A stretch of DNA of 64,000 nt, from the IMG/VR virus record IMGVR_UViG_3300028029_000109. One strand, given 5' to 3'. This DNA comes from a virus. This document shows positions 9,570 to 19,028 of the stretch, piece after piece. Within the stretch, counting starts at the first letter, position 1. The number at the start of each line of letters is the position of its first letter. The position numbers were made by a program, and so were the translations under genes. Below the pieces are notes generated by a model. The model was given only the letters and a program-made list of their open reading frames with translations. It did not search any database and was not told where the DNA came from.

Positions 9570-10516
9570 AAGAACTGATTAGAGATGCGAAAACTGCTCC
9601 GAAATCTTTTGGTTATAAGCTGAAAAATAATCTTCTAACTTTAGAGGATCAGGAAGAAGCATTAACAAGTCCTAAATGGGCTTATAAATTTGCAAGATAT
9701 GTTCCAGGAGCTAACATTGAAGTTTGTCAGGAAGTAGCAGTTAATGAGCCTTATTTGGCTTATTACTTTGCAAAGGATGTTACAGGGGCAGATATTGAAG
9801 TCTGTCAGGAAGGAGTAATCAAGGATCCTGTATGGGCTTATGAATTTGCAAAAGATGTTAAAGGAGCGAGTATTGAAGTCTGTCAGGAAGGAGCAGTAAA
9901 GAGTCCTGAATGGGCTTATAATTTTGCAAAAGATGTTACAGGAGCAGATATTGAATTCTGTCAGGAAGTAGCAATCAAGGATCCTATATGGGTTTATTAC
10001 TTTGCAAGAGACGTTATAGGTGCAGATATTGAATTCTGTCAGGAAGGAGCAATCAAGGATCCTAGATTGGCTTATAGATTTGCAAGAGATATTGTAGGGG
10101 CAGATATTGAAGTCTGTCAGGAAGGAGCAATCAAGGATCCTGAACGGGCTTATAGATTTGCAAGATATATTCCAGGGGCGAATATTGAAGTTTGTCAGTG
10201 TGGAGCAATTAAGGATCCTGAATGGGCTTATTATTTTGCAAAATATGTTAAAGGAGCAAATATTGAATTATGTCAGGAAGCAGTAGTTAAGGATCCTTAT
10301 TGGGTTTATTGTTTTGCAAGAGATATTACAGGAGCTAACATTGAAGTTTGTCAGGAAGTAGCAATCAAGGATCCTGAATGGGCTTATTATTTTGCAAAAA
10401 ATGTTCCAGGAGCGGATATTGAAGTCTGTCAGGAAGGAGCAATAAAGGATCCTAAATGGGCTTATAGATTTGCAAGAGATATTGTAGGGGCAGATATTGA
10501 AAGGGCAACATGTTAG
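9563..10516 (+). CDS. 26-aa repeat protein (array 1)
   Basis: Head plus ~10-11 repeats. Confidence 0.9.
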   Translation: MLEELIRDAKTAPKSFGYKLKNNLLTLEDQEEALTSPKWAYKFARYVPGANIEVCQEVAVNEPYLAYYFAKDVTGADIEVCQEGVIKDPVWAYEFAKDVKGASIEVCQEGAVKSPEWAYNFAKDVTGADIEFCQEVAIKDPIWVYYFARDVIGADIEFCQEGAIKDPRLAYRFARDIVGADIEVCQEGAIKDPERAYRFARYIPGANIEVCQCGAIKDPEWAYYFAKYVKGANIELCQEAVVKDPYWVYCFARDITGANIEVCQEVAIKDPEWAYYFAKNVPGADIEVCQEGAIKDPKWAYRFARDIVGADIERATC

Positions 10517-11460
10517 AATTTTTGATTAGAGATGCGAAAACTGCTCCGAAATCTTTTGGGTATAAGATAAAAAATAATCTTCTAACATTAGAGGATCAAG
10601 AAGAAGCATTAACGAATCCTGTATGGGCTTATTATTTTGCAAGATATGTTAAGGGAGCAGATATTGAAGTTTGTCAGGAAGTGGCAATCAAGGATCCTAA
10701 ATGGGCTTGTAGATTTGCAAAAGATATTACAGGAGCAGATATTGAAGTTTGTCAGGAAGCAATCAAGGATCCTGAATGGGCTTATAAATTTGCAAAAGAT
10801 GTTACAGGAGCAGATATTGAAGTCTGTCAAGGTGGAGCAGTAAAGGATCCTGAATGGGCTTATAGATTTGCAAAGGATATTCCGGGTGCAGATATTGAAG
10901 TCTGTCAGGAAGCAACAATTAAAGAGCCTGTATGGGCTTATGAGTTTGCAAGAGATGTTAAAGGAGCGAACATTGAAGTTTGTCAAGAAGCAGTAGTCAA
11001 GGAGCCTGTATGGTCTTATTATTTTGCAAACTATATTTCAGGAGCAGATATTGAAGTTTGTCAGGAAGCAGCAATCAAGGATTCTGAATCGGCTTATAAA
11101 TTTGCAAGAGACGTTATAGGAGCAGATGTTGAAGTCTGTCAGGGTGGAGCAGTAAAGGATCCTAGATGGGCTTATTATTTTGCAAAACATGTTAAAGGAG
11201 CAGACATTGAAGTCTGTCAGGAAGCAACAATTAAAGAGCCTATGTGGGCTTATGAATTTGCAAGAAATGTTACAGGAGCGAATATTAAAGTCTGTCAGGA
11301 ACAAGCAGTAAAGGATCCTAGATGGGCTTATGAATTTGCAAGATATGTTAAAGGAGCTAACATTGAAGTCTGTCAAAAAGCAGCAATCAAGGAGCCTGAA
11401 TGGGCTTATAGATTTGAAAAAGATATTCCAGGAGCAGATGTTGAAAGGGTAACATGTTAG
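10510..11460 (+). CDS. 26-aa repeat protein (array 1)
   Basis: Head plus ~10-11 repeats, one of them 25 aa. Confidence 0.9.
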   Translation: MLEFLIRDAKTAPKSFGYKIKNNLLTLEDQEEALTNPVWAYYFARYVKGADIEVCQEVAIKDPKWACRFAKDITGADIEVCQEAIKDPEWAYKFAKDVTGADIEVCQGGAVKDPEWAYRFAKDIPGADIEVCQEATIKEPVWAYEFARDVKGANIEVCQEAVVKEPVWSYYFANYISGADIEVCQEAAIKDSESAYKFARDVIGADVEVCQGGAVKDPRWAYYFAKHVKGADIEVCQEATIKEPMWAYEFARNVTGANIKVCQEQAVKDPRWAYEFARYVKGANIEVCQKAAIKEPEWAYRFEKDIPGADVERVTC

Positions 11461-12005
11461 AAGCACTGATTAGAGATGCGAAAACAGCTCCGAAATCTTT
11501 TGGGTATAAGCTGAAAAATAATCTTCTAACCTTAGAGAATCAGGAAGAGGCATTAACAAGTCCTAAATGGGCTTATAAATTTGCAAGATATGTTAAAGGA
11601 GCAGACATTGAAGCCTGTCAGGAAGTGGCAATCAAGAATCCTTATTGGGCTTATTGTTTTGCAAGATATGTTCCAGGAGCGGATATTGAAGTCTGTCAGG
11701 GTGGAGCAATCAAGGATCCTGAATGGGCTTATTATTTTGCAAAATATGTTAAAGGAGCGAGTGTTGAAGTTTGTCAGGAAGGAGCAATTAAGAATCCTGA
11801 ATGGGCTTATAAATTTGCAAGAGATGTTACAAAATCAGACATAGTAATCTGTCAGGGTGGAGCAATAAAGGAGCCTAAATGGGCTTATTATTTTGCAAGA
11901 AATGTTAAAGGAGCAGACATAATAGCCTGTCAGGGTGGAGCAATCAAGGAACCTGAATGGGCTTATAGATTTGCAAGAGATATTAGAGGAATCATAGGTA
12001 AGTAA
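11454..12005 (+). CDS. 26-aa repeat protein (array 1)
   Basis: Head plus ~5 repeats. Confidence 0.9.
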   Translation: MLEALIRDAKTAPKSFGYKLKNNLLTLENQEEALTSPKWAYKFARYVKGADIEACQEVAIKNPYWAYCFARYVPGADIEVCQGGAIKDPEWAYYFAKYVKGASVEVCQEGAIKNPEWAYKFARDVTKSDIVICQGGAIKEPKWAYYFARNVKGADIIACQGGAIKEPEWAYRFARDIRGIIGK

Positions 12006-12027
12006 TAATACTTGAAGGATATTTAGC

Positions 12028-12513
12028 ATGTTAGAATTTTTGATTAGAGATGCGAAAACAGCTCCGAAATCTTTTGGATATAAGTTAAGAAATAATCTTT
12101 TAACTTTAGAGGATCAGGAAGAAGCATTAACAAATCCTAAATGGGCTTATTGTTTTGCAAAAGATGTTAAAGGAGCTAACATTAAAGTCTGTCAGGAAGC
12201 AGCAATAAAGAATCCTGAATTGGCTTATAGATTTGCAAAAGATGTTAAAGGAGCAGATATTGAAGTTTGTCAGGAGCAAGCAATTAAAGAGCCTGAATGG
12301 GCTTATAATTTTGCAAGACATGTTAAAGGAGCTAACATTGAAGTCTGTCAGGAAGCAGCAATAAAGAATCCTGAATTGGCTTATAGATTTGCAAAATATG
12401 TTAAGGGAGCAGATATTGAAGTCTGCCAGGAAGCAGCAGTAAGGGATCCTTATTGGGCTTATGCTTTTGCAAGAGATATTACAGGAGCAGATGCTGAAAG
12501 GGCAACATGCTAG
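12028..12513 (+). CDS. 26-aa repeat protein (array 1)
   Basis: Head plus ~4-5 repeats, including near-identical internal duplicates (KNPELAYRFAK). Confidence 0.9.
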   Translation: MLEFLIRDAKTAPKSFGYKLRNNLLTLEDQEEALTNPKWAYCFAKDVKGANIKVCQEAAIKNPELAYRFAKDVKGADIEVCQEQAIKEPEWAYNFARHVKGANIEVCQEAAIKNPELAYRFAKYVKGADIEVCQEAAVRDPYWAYAFARDITGADAERATC

Positions 12514-13463
12514 AAGCACTGATTAGAGATGCGAAAACTGCTCCGAAATCTTTGGGGTATAGACTCAATAATGGTTTAGTAACCTTAGAAGATCAGGAAG
12601 AAGCATTAACAAGTCCTAAATGGGCTTATTGTTTTGCAAGATATATTCCAGGAGCTAACATTGAAGCCTGTCAGGGAGGAGCAGTCAAGGAGTCTGTATG
12701 GGCTTATAAATTTGCAAGATATATTCCAGGAGCAGATATTGAAGTTTGTCAGGAAGCAGTAATCAAGGATCCTTATTGGGCTTATTATTTTGCAAAACAT
12801 ATTCCAGGAGCGAATATTGAAGCCTGTCAGGAAGGAGCAATCAAGGATTCTGAATGGGCTTATGAATTTGCAAGAGGTGTTAAGGGAGCAGATATTGAAG
12901 TTTGTCAGGAAGTAGCAGTTAAGGATCCTATATGGGCTTATTATTTTGCAAGAAATGTTAAAGGAGCAGACATTGAATTATGTCAAGGTGAAGCAGTCAA
13001 GGAGCCTAAATGGTCTTATAAATTTGCAAGAGATATTTCGGGAGCTAATATTAAAGTTTGTCAGGAAGGAGTAATCAAGGATCCTGAATGGGCTTATTAT
13101 TTTGCAAGAGATATTTCGGGAGCTAATATTAAAGTTTGTCAGGAAGCAGCAATCAAGGATCCTGTATGGGCTTATGAATTTGCAGAATATATTATAGGAG
13201 CTAATATTGAAGTCTGTCAGGCAGGAGCAATCAAGAAGCCTGTATGGGCTTATAATTTTGCAAAACATGTTAAAGGAGCTAACATTGAATTTTGCCAAGA
13301 AGGAGCAGTAAAGAGTTCTGAATGGGCTTATTACTTTGCAAGATATATTCCAGGAGCAGATATCGAAGTTTGTCAGGAAGTGGCAATCAAGGATCCTAAA
13401 TGGGCTTGTAGATTTGCAAGAGATATTCTAGGAGATATTCCAGGAGCAATAAATGATAGATGA
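12507..13463 (+). CDS. 26-aa repeat protein (array 1, last)
   Basis: Head plus ~10-11 repeats. Confidence 0.9.
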   Translation: MLEALIRDAKTAPKSLGYRLNNGLVTLEDQEEALTSPKWAYCFARYIPGANIEACQGGAVKESVWAYKFARYIPGADIEVCQEAVIKDPYWAYYFAKHIPGANIEACQEGAIKDSEWAYEFARGVKGADIEVCQEVAVKDPIWAYYFARNVKGADIELCQGEAVKEPKWSYKFARDISGANIKVCQEGVIKDPEWAYYFARDISGANIKVCQEAAIKDPVWAYEFAEYIIGANIEVCQAGAIKKPVWAYNFAKHVKGANIEFCQEGAVKSSEWAYYFARYIPGADIEVCQEVAIKDPKWACRFARDILGDIPGAINDR

Positions 13464-13469
13464 TCATAT

Positions 13470-13760
13470 AATTTGTTTTTTTATTTTACACCACTGATTT
13501 TTAGATGATGGGTGTGCCTAAGAAAAAGAAAATACAGACAAGTTGTAATAACACTATCATCGCAGTGTTTTATAAAAGAAGACCAGGAAATGATTTATTC
13601 TAAAATGAGTAATCAGTGGAGTACTAATTTAAACTAGGTAAATAATGGTACTGGTTACAGAGTAAAATTACCACAATCATAGGTAGATATATTTTACAGG
13701 ATAATAAGTCTTACAATTATACCCTCATTATCATATAAGTGGAATAAATAAAATAAATCG
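13470..13760 (+). pseudogene. decayed LAGLIDADG-type homing endonuclease fragment
   Basis: 'FLDDG' followed by 'ITLSSQCFIKEDQEMIYSKMSNQWSTNLN*VNNGTGYRVKLPQS*VDIFYRII', with in-frame stops. Confidence 0.45.
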
Positions 13761-13818
13761 AGAATTGCTAGTGGTATTAATACTAAAAATACCACCCATT
13801 TAATTTGGAGAGATAGAT

Positions 13819-14112
13819 ATGACGTTAGAGATGTTAGGAATGAATGTTTTAGTGAAGATGGAAGATGCTGGAGAAAAGGTTTCTAAGGGTGGTATAATTA
13901 CCCCTGGAACAACGAGACAGTCTTCAATTCAAAAGGCTGAGGTTGTTGCTGTTGGCCCTGGTGAGATCCAGAACGGCAATTTTGTACCGGTTAAGGACAT
14001 TAAGGCTGGAGATACCGTTGTAATTGACAGGGACTTTACTAAAGCTATAGATAATGATGGTGAGGAACAATATATTGTTTCTTATAGAGATGTTCTGGGA
14101 AAATCTGAGTAA
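13819..14112 (+). CDS. groES: co-chaperonin GroES
   Basis: 'VLVK...E..SKGGII.P', 'AEVVAVGPG', 'IKAGDTVV', 'YRDVLG'; 97 aa. Confidence 0.9.
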   Translation: MTLEMLGMNVLVKMEDAGEKVSKGGIITPGTTRQSSIQKAEVVAVGPGEIQNGNFVPVKDIKAGDTVVIDRDFTKAIDNDGEEQYIVSYRDVLGKSE

Positions 14113-14130
14113 TTTCTTAGAATCTTAGTC

Positions 14131-14160
14131 AAGGGCCGCTTTAGCGGCCTTTTGCTTTTC
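14131..14160 (+). terminator. intrinsic terminator
   Basis: GGCCGC-TTTA-GCGGCC hairpin followed by TTTGCTTTTC. Confidence 0.7.
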
Positions 14161-14169
14161 CCACTCCAC

Positions 14170-14620
14170 TAATGTTTTGTTAAATTTTTCCTGATTGCAT
14201 GGCTGGCATGATGGTCGTAAATTGGCCAAACAATTCTTTTAACAGCTCTGTATCTATGAAATTTATTTCTAACGGATAATGGGTTTTCTTCTGCCCATTT
14301 CTTATTCGCAGCAATAACTTTATCTCTATTATTTTATAATAGTCTTGGTTAGCTTTTACAATTTTTTCACTATTGGCTTATGCCCACCTTTTCTTCCTAG
14401 CATTGTTTTTATCTGAATTTTTCATTTGGTATTTTTATTGCTTTCCTGAATTCTCTCCTTATTTTCACCATAATAGTTACTCTGGCATTTCCTGCACAAT
14501 TTACTCAAGCCATATTTCTGATAGTTGTCGACAGTGAATTCAGCCCTGCCTTGAACTATCAAACACTGATTGCATTTCTTTTCAGAAATGTTTGGTTTAG
14601 ACTTCTTCTTTGCTGTATTA
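14170..14620 (-). pseudogene. decayed HNH-type endonuclease
   Basis: Reverse frames give 'KKCNQC...LSKLCRKC...ENKERI' and 'KWAEENP...HRYRA', broken by frameshifts and stops. Confidence 0.5.
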
Positions 14621-14647
14621 TTAGTACCTCATCAGAAAGAATAGAAA

Positions 14648-15670
14648 ATGAATATTATTGATGGTTTGTGTTATGACGACGTGCTGCTTATTCCGCAGCA
14701 TTCAGAAATAGAATCTAGAGCAGACATATCTGTAGAGATTGATTTAGGTAAAGGGATTAGATTAAGTGGCCCATTTATCTCTGCTAACATGAAAACTGTT
14801 ACCGGTCCTAGACTAGCGTCTGAAATGTATCCATATGGAATGGGGGTTCTTCACAGATTCGATACCGTTCAAAATCAAATTAAAAACTATAAAGATACGA
14901 TAAATTCTAGGCTAATTATTGAAAATACAGTTGGAATCTCTGTAGGAATCAATGACGTAAAAGAAACGGAAGCCTTAATATCCGGTACTGGTACTAAGAT
15001 TGTCTGTGTGGATGTGGCACATGGTGACCACGGTAAGGCTATAGGCATGGTCAGTTGGATTCATGCAGCCTTTCCCAAGGTACTTCTAATAGCTGGAAAT
15101 GTTGCTACTGGCGCAGGAGCTAAGAGACTCGCTGCGGCGGGAGCTGACGTAATCAAAGTAGGCATTGGTCCAGGCTCCCTATGTACTACAAGGGTAGAAA
15201 CAGCGGCTGGTGTTCCTCAGCTTACAGCTCTTGAAGATGTTTATAAAACTCTATGTGCTGACCAACGAAACATCCCAGGAAGAACAAGGCCAAGGATTAT
15301 AGCTGATGGTGGCATCAAGGCTTCTGGTGACGTTGTGAAGGCCCTATGCTTCGCTGATGCTGTTATGCTGGGCTCTATACTGGCAGGTACTGATGAGGCC
15401 CCTGGAGAGGTCGTAAATCTTGAGGATAAAGAATACAAGCAGTATGCGGGTTCATCTACACATAAGACGAATCGTATTGAGGGTGTGGCCGGATTGATTC
15501 CATGCAAAGGTCCAATGTCTGAAATCCTTGAAAGATTCAAGGAGGGCTTACAGTCTGGACTATCATATCAGGGCTGTGATAATCTCGTGGACCTAAAAGA
15601 ATCACCCCAGTTTGTAAGGATTTCCTCGGCTGGCCTTATGGAATCTCACCCACACGCTAATTTGAAGTAA
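14648..15670 (+). CDS. IMP dehydrogenase / GMP reductase family protein (no CBS domains)
   Basis: '[11 protein letters not shown]', 'ISANMKTVT', 'VDVAHG', 'IAGNVAT', catalytic loop '[11 protein letters not shown]', 'IIADGG'. Confidence 0.9.
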   Translation: MNIIDGLCYDDVLLIPQHSEIESRADISVEIDLGKGIRLSGPFISANMKTVTGPRLASEMYPYGMGVLHRFDTVQNQIKNYKDTINSRLIIENTVGISVGINDVKETEALISGTGTKIVCVDVAHGDHGKAIGMVSWIHAAFPKVLLIAGNVATGAGAKRLAAAGADVIKVGIGPGSLCTTRVETAAGVPQLTALEDVYKTLCADQRNIPGRTRPRIIADGGIKASGDVVKALCFADAVMLGSILAGTDEAPGEVVNLEDKEYKQYAGSSTHKTNRIEGVAGLIPCKGPMSEILERFKEGLQSGLSYQGCDNLVDLKESPQFVRISSAGLMESHPHANLK

Positions 15671-15820
15671 TGAGTGAAAGTATTATAAGAAAATAGATGA
15701 AATAACTAATAGAATTAAAAAGAAAGAAAAGAAAATGAACCAATTAACAGAAGAAGTACAAGAAATATTCGCATCGATGCTAAGAAGTTTGATTACGTTC
15801 TAAATATCTACGGCAAGGCA

Positions 15821-16429
15821 GTGGAGAAGCTCAGGAATAGAAACAGCAGATCTATTACTAAAGGCAGGGATACCCTATCATACTCTGCCCACTCTGTAGC
15901 TGATGTGTTCGAGTCAGGCTCTTATACTATTGTCCTTGCAACATCTGTAGATCAGATACCTGAAGCCTTAGAGATGGTACCTCAGATCAAGAGGTCAAGT
16001 ATATCAGCAGAGCTTCTATCATCTCTTGGTGAGCTATACGATGGCTGGCCAATTGCTGTGTGTTGCTTCGATGGTGATAAGGTTTCTCCGGAGCCAATGA
16101 TTTGGCAGTTCGAGCCAAAGTTCAAGCACATATTGCTTGCTCCAGCACTAGATGCTCATACTGGTGGCGCTCCGAATCTTAACAAGAGAGTATCAAGGTC
16201 TCACAAGTTAGCTTTTTACTCATACAGAATGGAAACTGATAACTGTTTAAACGCTGACTTCAGGTATTCAGAGATACCTCAAGCCTTTGACTTCTTGTTT
16301 GGTAAGAAGGTTAAGGGCGCAGTAATTGATGGCAAGGGACAGAACGGTGACTTTGCTATTAAAATTGATGACCTAATTACTGGTCATGAGAATATTAAAA
16401 AGCATATCAACATAACGGTGGGTGTGTAA
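15821..16429 (+). CDS. hypothetical protein (5' end probably frameshifted; true start may be 15670)
   Basis: 202-aa ORF; frame open from 15719; the upstream frame from ATG 15670 can be joined by 1-nt indels. Confidence 0.5.
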   Translation: MEKLRNRNSRSITKGRDTLSYSAHSVADVFESGSYTIVLATSVDQIPEALEMVPQIKRSSISAELLSSLGELYDGWPIAVCCFDGDKVSPEPMIWQFEPKFKHILLAPALDAHTGGAPNLNKRVSRSHKLAFYSYRMETDNCLNADFRYSEIPQAFDFLFGKKVKGAVIDGKGQNGDFAIKIDDLITGHENIKKHINITVGV

Positions 16430-16462
16430 TGTTTTCTTAACATGATTCACTGGTAGGGATTA

Positions 16463-17106
16463 ATGGAGAAGAAATGTTTAAATTGTAATAATTTATTTGA
16501 GCTAAAGTTAAACGCTCAAAGATACTATAATAATTGCAAGTTTATATTAAAAGAAAATAAAGCAAAAGCAGATCGTTAATATAAAGTAAGGAATAAAAAT
16601 TATTAGATATAAAAATGCTCAGTATAGATTAAGAAACAGAGATAAAATCAGGAAATCTGATAAGACAGGTCTAAAACTGAAGATCATAGGGTTAAGCGCA
16701 AGGTATATAGAGATAATAATAGATCTTCAATTAATTCTATAAAAAGAGAGTAGGCGTATTGGTATAGAAAAGAAAGCCCAGCATATGCACTGAGGCAAAA
16801 TATATCAAACTCAATTAACAATGCTCTTAGAAAAAAAGCTTATCAAAAAAGGTGGGTCCATTATAGATCATCTTCCATACTCAATAGATGAATTAAAGAT
16901 TTATTTAGAATCTAATTTTGAACACTGGCATGACTTGGGATAATAATGATTCATCAACATGGACTTGGAATATTGATCATATAATACCACAGTCAAAATT
17001 CAAATACTCATCAATGAATGATGAAAATTTTAAAAAGTGTTGGTCTCTGACCAATCTTAGAACTTATTCGTCAAAGAAAAATATAATAGAACAGGATAAA
17101 AGATAA
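16463..17106 (+). pseudogene. decayed phage HNH endonuclease
   Basis: N-terminal 'MEKKCLNC' and C-terminal 'MTWDN...WNIDHIIPQSKF...FKKCWSLTNLR', separated by several frameshifts and stops. Confidence 0.65.
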
Positions 17107-17942
17107 TGAATATAGAAGAAACCCAATACTTAGACCTATTGAAAAGGTTAATTGAGGCACCTGATAAGGGAGATCGTACCGGAGTTGGTACAAAATCTAT
17201 ATTCGGTCATCAAATGAGATTTTCACTTGATAATGGAAAAATACCACTTCTAACAACAAAGAAAGTATTCTTTAGGGGTGTAGTAGAAGAACTTCTATTC
17301 TTTATAAGGGGAGAGCGTGATACTAAAAAGCTTGAAGATAAAGGCGTTAATATCTGGATAGGTAATACCTCTAGAGAGTTTTTAGACAATAAAGGTTTAA
17401 CTAATTATGAAGAAGGTGATATGGGTCCGATGTATGGATCTCTTTGGAGAGATTTTGATGGAGTAGATCAATTAAAAAACTCTTTTAATTTGATAAAAGC
17501 AGACCCTAACTCTAGGAGGAATATTATAACAGCATATCACCCGGCCAAAGCTCACCTTGGAGTTCTTTATCCTTGTCATACGATGATACAGTTCAATGTT
17601 CGAGAAGATAAATTAGATTGTCTGTGGGTACAGCGCAGCGTAGATACATTTTTAGGTTTAAGCTTTAACATAGCATCATACGCAGTACTAGCTCACTTAA
17701 TGGCTAAAGCTACCGGTCTTAAAGCTGGAGATTTGATATTCCAAGGAGGAGATACTCATCTTTACTCTAATCATCTTGAGCAGGCGCAAATTCAAATCCA
17801 ACGAGATCCGTATCCGTTCCCAACATTAAAAATCAATAAGGAAATATCTTCCATTGAAGATATGGAAAAAATTGTATTCGAAGATTTTGAACTAATTAAC
17901 TATCAACACCACCCAGCTATTAAAGCACCAATGGCAGTGTAA
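17106..17942 (+). CDS. thyA: thymidylate synthase
   Basis: 'DRTGVGT', 'PLLTTKKV', 'SRRNI', 'LYPCH', 'QRSVDTFLGLSFN', 'GDTHLYSNH', C-terminal 'IKAPMAV'. Confidence 0.97.
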   Translation: MNIEETQYLDLLKRLIEAPDKGDRTGVGTKSIFGHQMRFSLDNGKIPLLTTKKVFFRGVVEELLFFIRGERDTKKLEDKGVNIWIGNTSREFLDNKGLTNYEEGDMGPMYGSLWRDFDGVDQLKNSFNLIKADPNSRRNIITAYHPAKAHLGVLYPCHTMIQFNVREDKLDCLWVQRSVDTFLGLSFNIASYAVLAHLMAKATGLKAGDLIFQGGDTHLYSNHLEQAQIQIQRDPYPFPTLKINKEISSIEDMEKIVFEDFELINYQHHPAIKAPMAV

Positions 17943-17948
17943 TTAATT

Positions 17949-18272
17949 ATGGCTGATTGGGCAAGAGTAAGAGCCGCTGAAGAACGTGAGATGCATGATC
18001 TGGAAAGGTTTTGTTTAGAGATCTCTATTAGTTATACTGGCGACCAAGATAGCAAAGAAAATAAGAAAGCCTTCAAGAAATTCTTTAAAGATATAGAAAA
18101 GCTTTTTGAATTGGAACCTGATGGTCGTGGATATGGCGGAAAAGAAGTGTCTATTGATTTTCCAGTTGAAAAACCATCAACTGTAAGAAAGTTAATACGT
18201 AAGACTAGGAAATACAGAGAGGATAATGAATATGGGACAATTAACGAAGAAGAACTTAAGGGTTTGAAATGA
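17949..18272 (+). CDS. hypothetical protein
   Basis: 107-aa ORF directly after thyA. Confidence 0.55.
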   Translation: MADWARVRAAEEREMHDLERFCLEISISYTGDQDSKENKKAFKKFFKDIEKLFELEPDGRGYGGKEVSIDFPVEKPSTVRKLIRKTRKYREDNEYGTINEEELKGLK

Positions 18273-18620
18273 TTGATTTAGGTTTTGGGATTAAATTAAG
18301 CGAAGCGAAGAGAAGAGAGGGTAAGATAGATTCCGATTTCTCATCATTGCAGAGCCTGAAAATGGTGAATGCAAATACTGAACAATAACATTACGTAATC
18401 TTAATAAGAAGAGAAAGTAATGGGTTACTTAGTAATTTAAGATATCGTTCCATACGTTTATCACTAAGTATACGGATCTCTCGGATACAACTTTGAGGAT
18501 GGAGAAGAGGAATTTGTAGCGTACCTTCAACCGGAAGGAATCTTTGTAGGGGACCAGCGTGGCTTTATATAGATTTGTTTTTCAGACCACAGCTAATTAA
18601 ATTAATAGAGGATAAATTAA

Positions 18621-19022
18621 ATGAATAAATTAGAAGAGCTAAATGAATTGGGCAAAGAAGCCGTACAAGAACTCGCAAAAGCTGAGAAGAAGTTCCCAGG
18701 ATTCAATTCCGCACACGAGGGGTATGCTGTGCTACTTGAAGAAGTAGATGAGCTTTGGGATGAGATAAAGATTAACCCTAAGAAGATTCTCCCTAGAAAA
18801 AACTTTCCGCAAGAACTAGCCCTATCCGGTGACGCTCTTAAAAGGTGGCAGAAAAAACAGTGGTACGAAAGAATGCGTGAAGAAGCTGTCCAGGTTGCCG
18901 CCATGGGTCTTAAATTCATGAAGTTCATTGATGACGAAAGTCACACATGTCATGCTTGCGGTGAAAAATTACCACAAATAAGCAATACTAATAGGTATGA
19001 TTGCTGCTCAAATTCAAGCTGA
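18621..19022 (+). CDS. MazG-like NTP pyrophosphohydrolase
   Basis: 'HEGYAVLLEEVDELWDEIK' and 'REEAVQVAAM' (EExxE...ExxQ pattern). Confidence 0.55.
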   Translation: MNKLEELNELGKEAVQELAKAEKKFPGFNSAHEGYAVLLEEVDELWDEIKINPKKILPRKNFPQELALSGDALKRWQKKQWYERMREEAVQVAAMGLKFMKFIDDESHTCHACGEKLPQISNTNRYDCCSNSS

Positions 19023-19028
19023 GATGTA

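Larger units (their letters stand above)
5473..13463 (+). repeat. Array 1 of 26-aa-repeat protein genes (11 ORFs plus a decayed remnant at 5473-5565)
   Basis: 78-nt periodic unit encoding [KR][DYNH][IV]xGA[DN]IE[VA]CQ[EG]xA[IV]K[DES]PxWAYxFA; every gene starts with MLE[AF]LIRD[AE]KTAPKS..Y.L.N.L..LEDQEEALT. Confidence 0.97.

Noticed and set aside
5473-13463. Diversity-generating retroelement (adenine mutagenesis) as the source of repeat variation
   Set aside because: No reverse transcriptase or template/variable repeat pair in the window; variation also affects non-A positions (gtc/gcc/gct/ttc), and whole blocks are shared, which fits recombination better. A DGR elsewhere in the genome is not excluded
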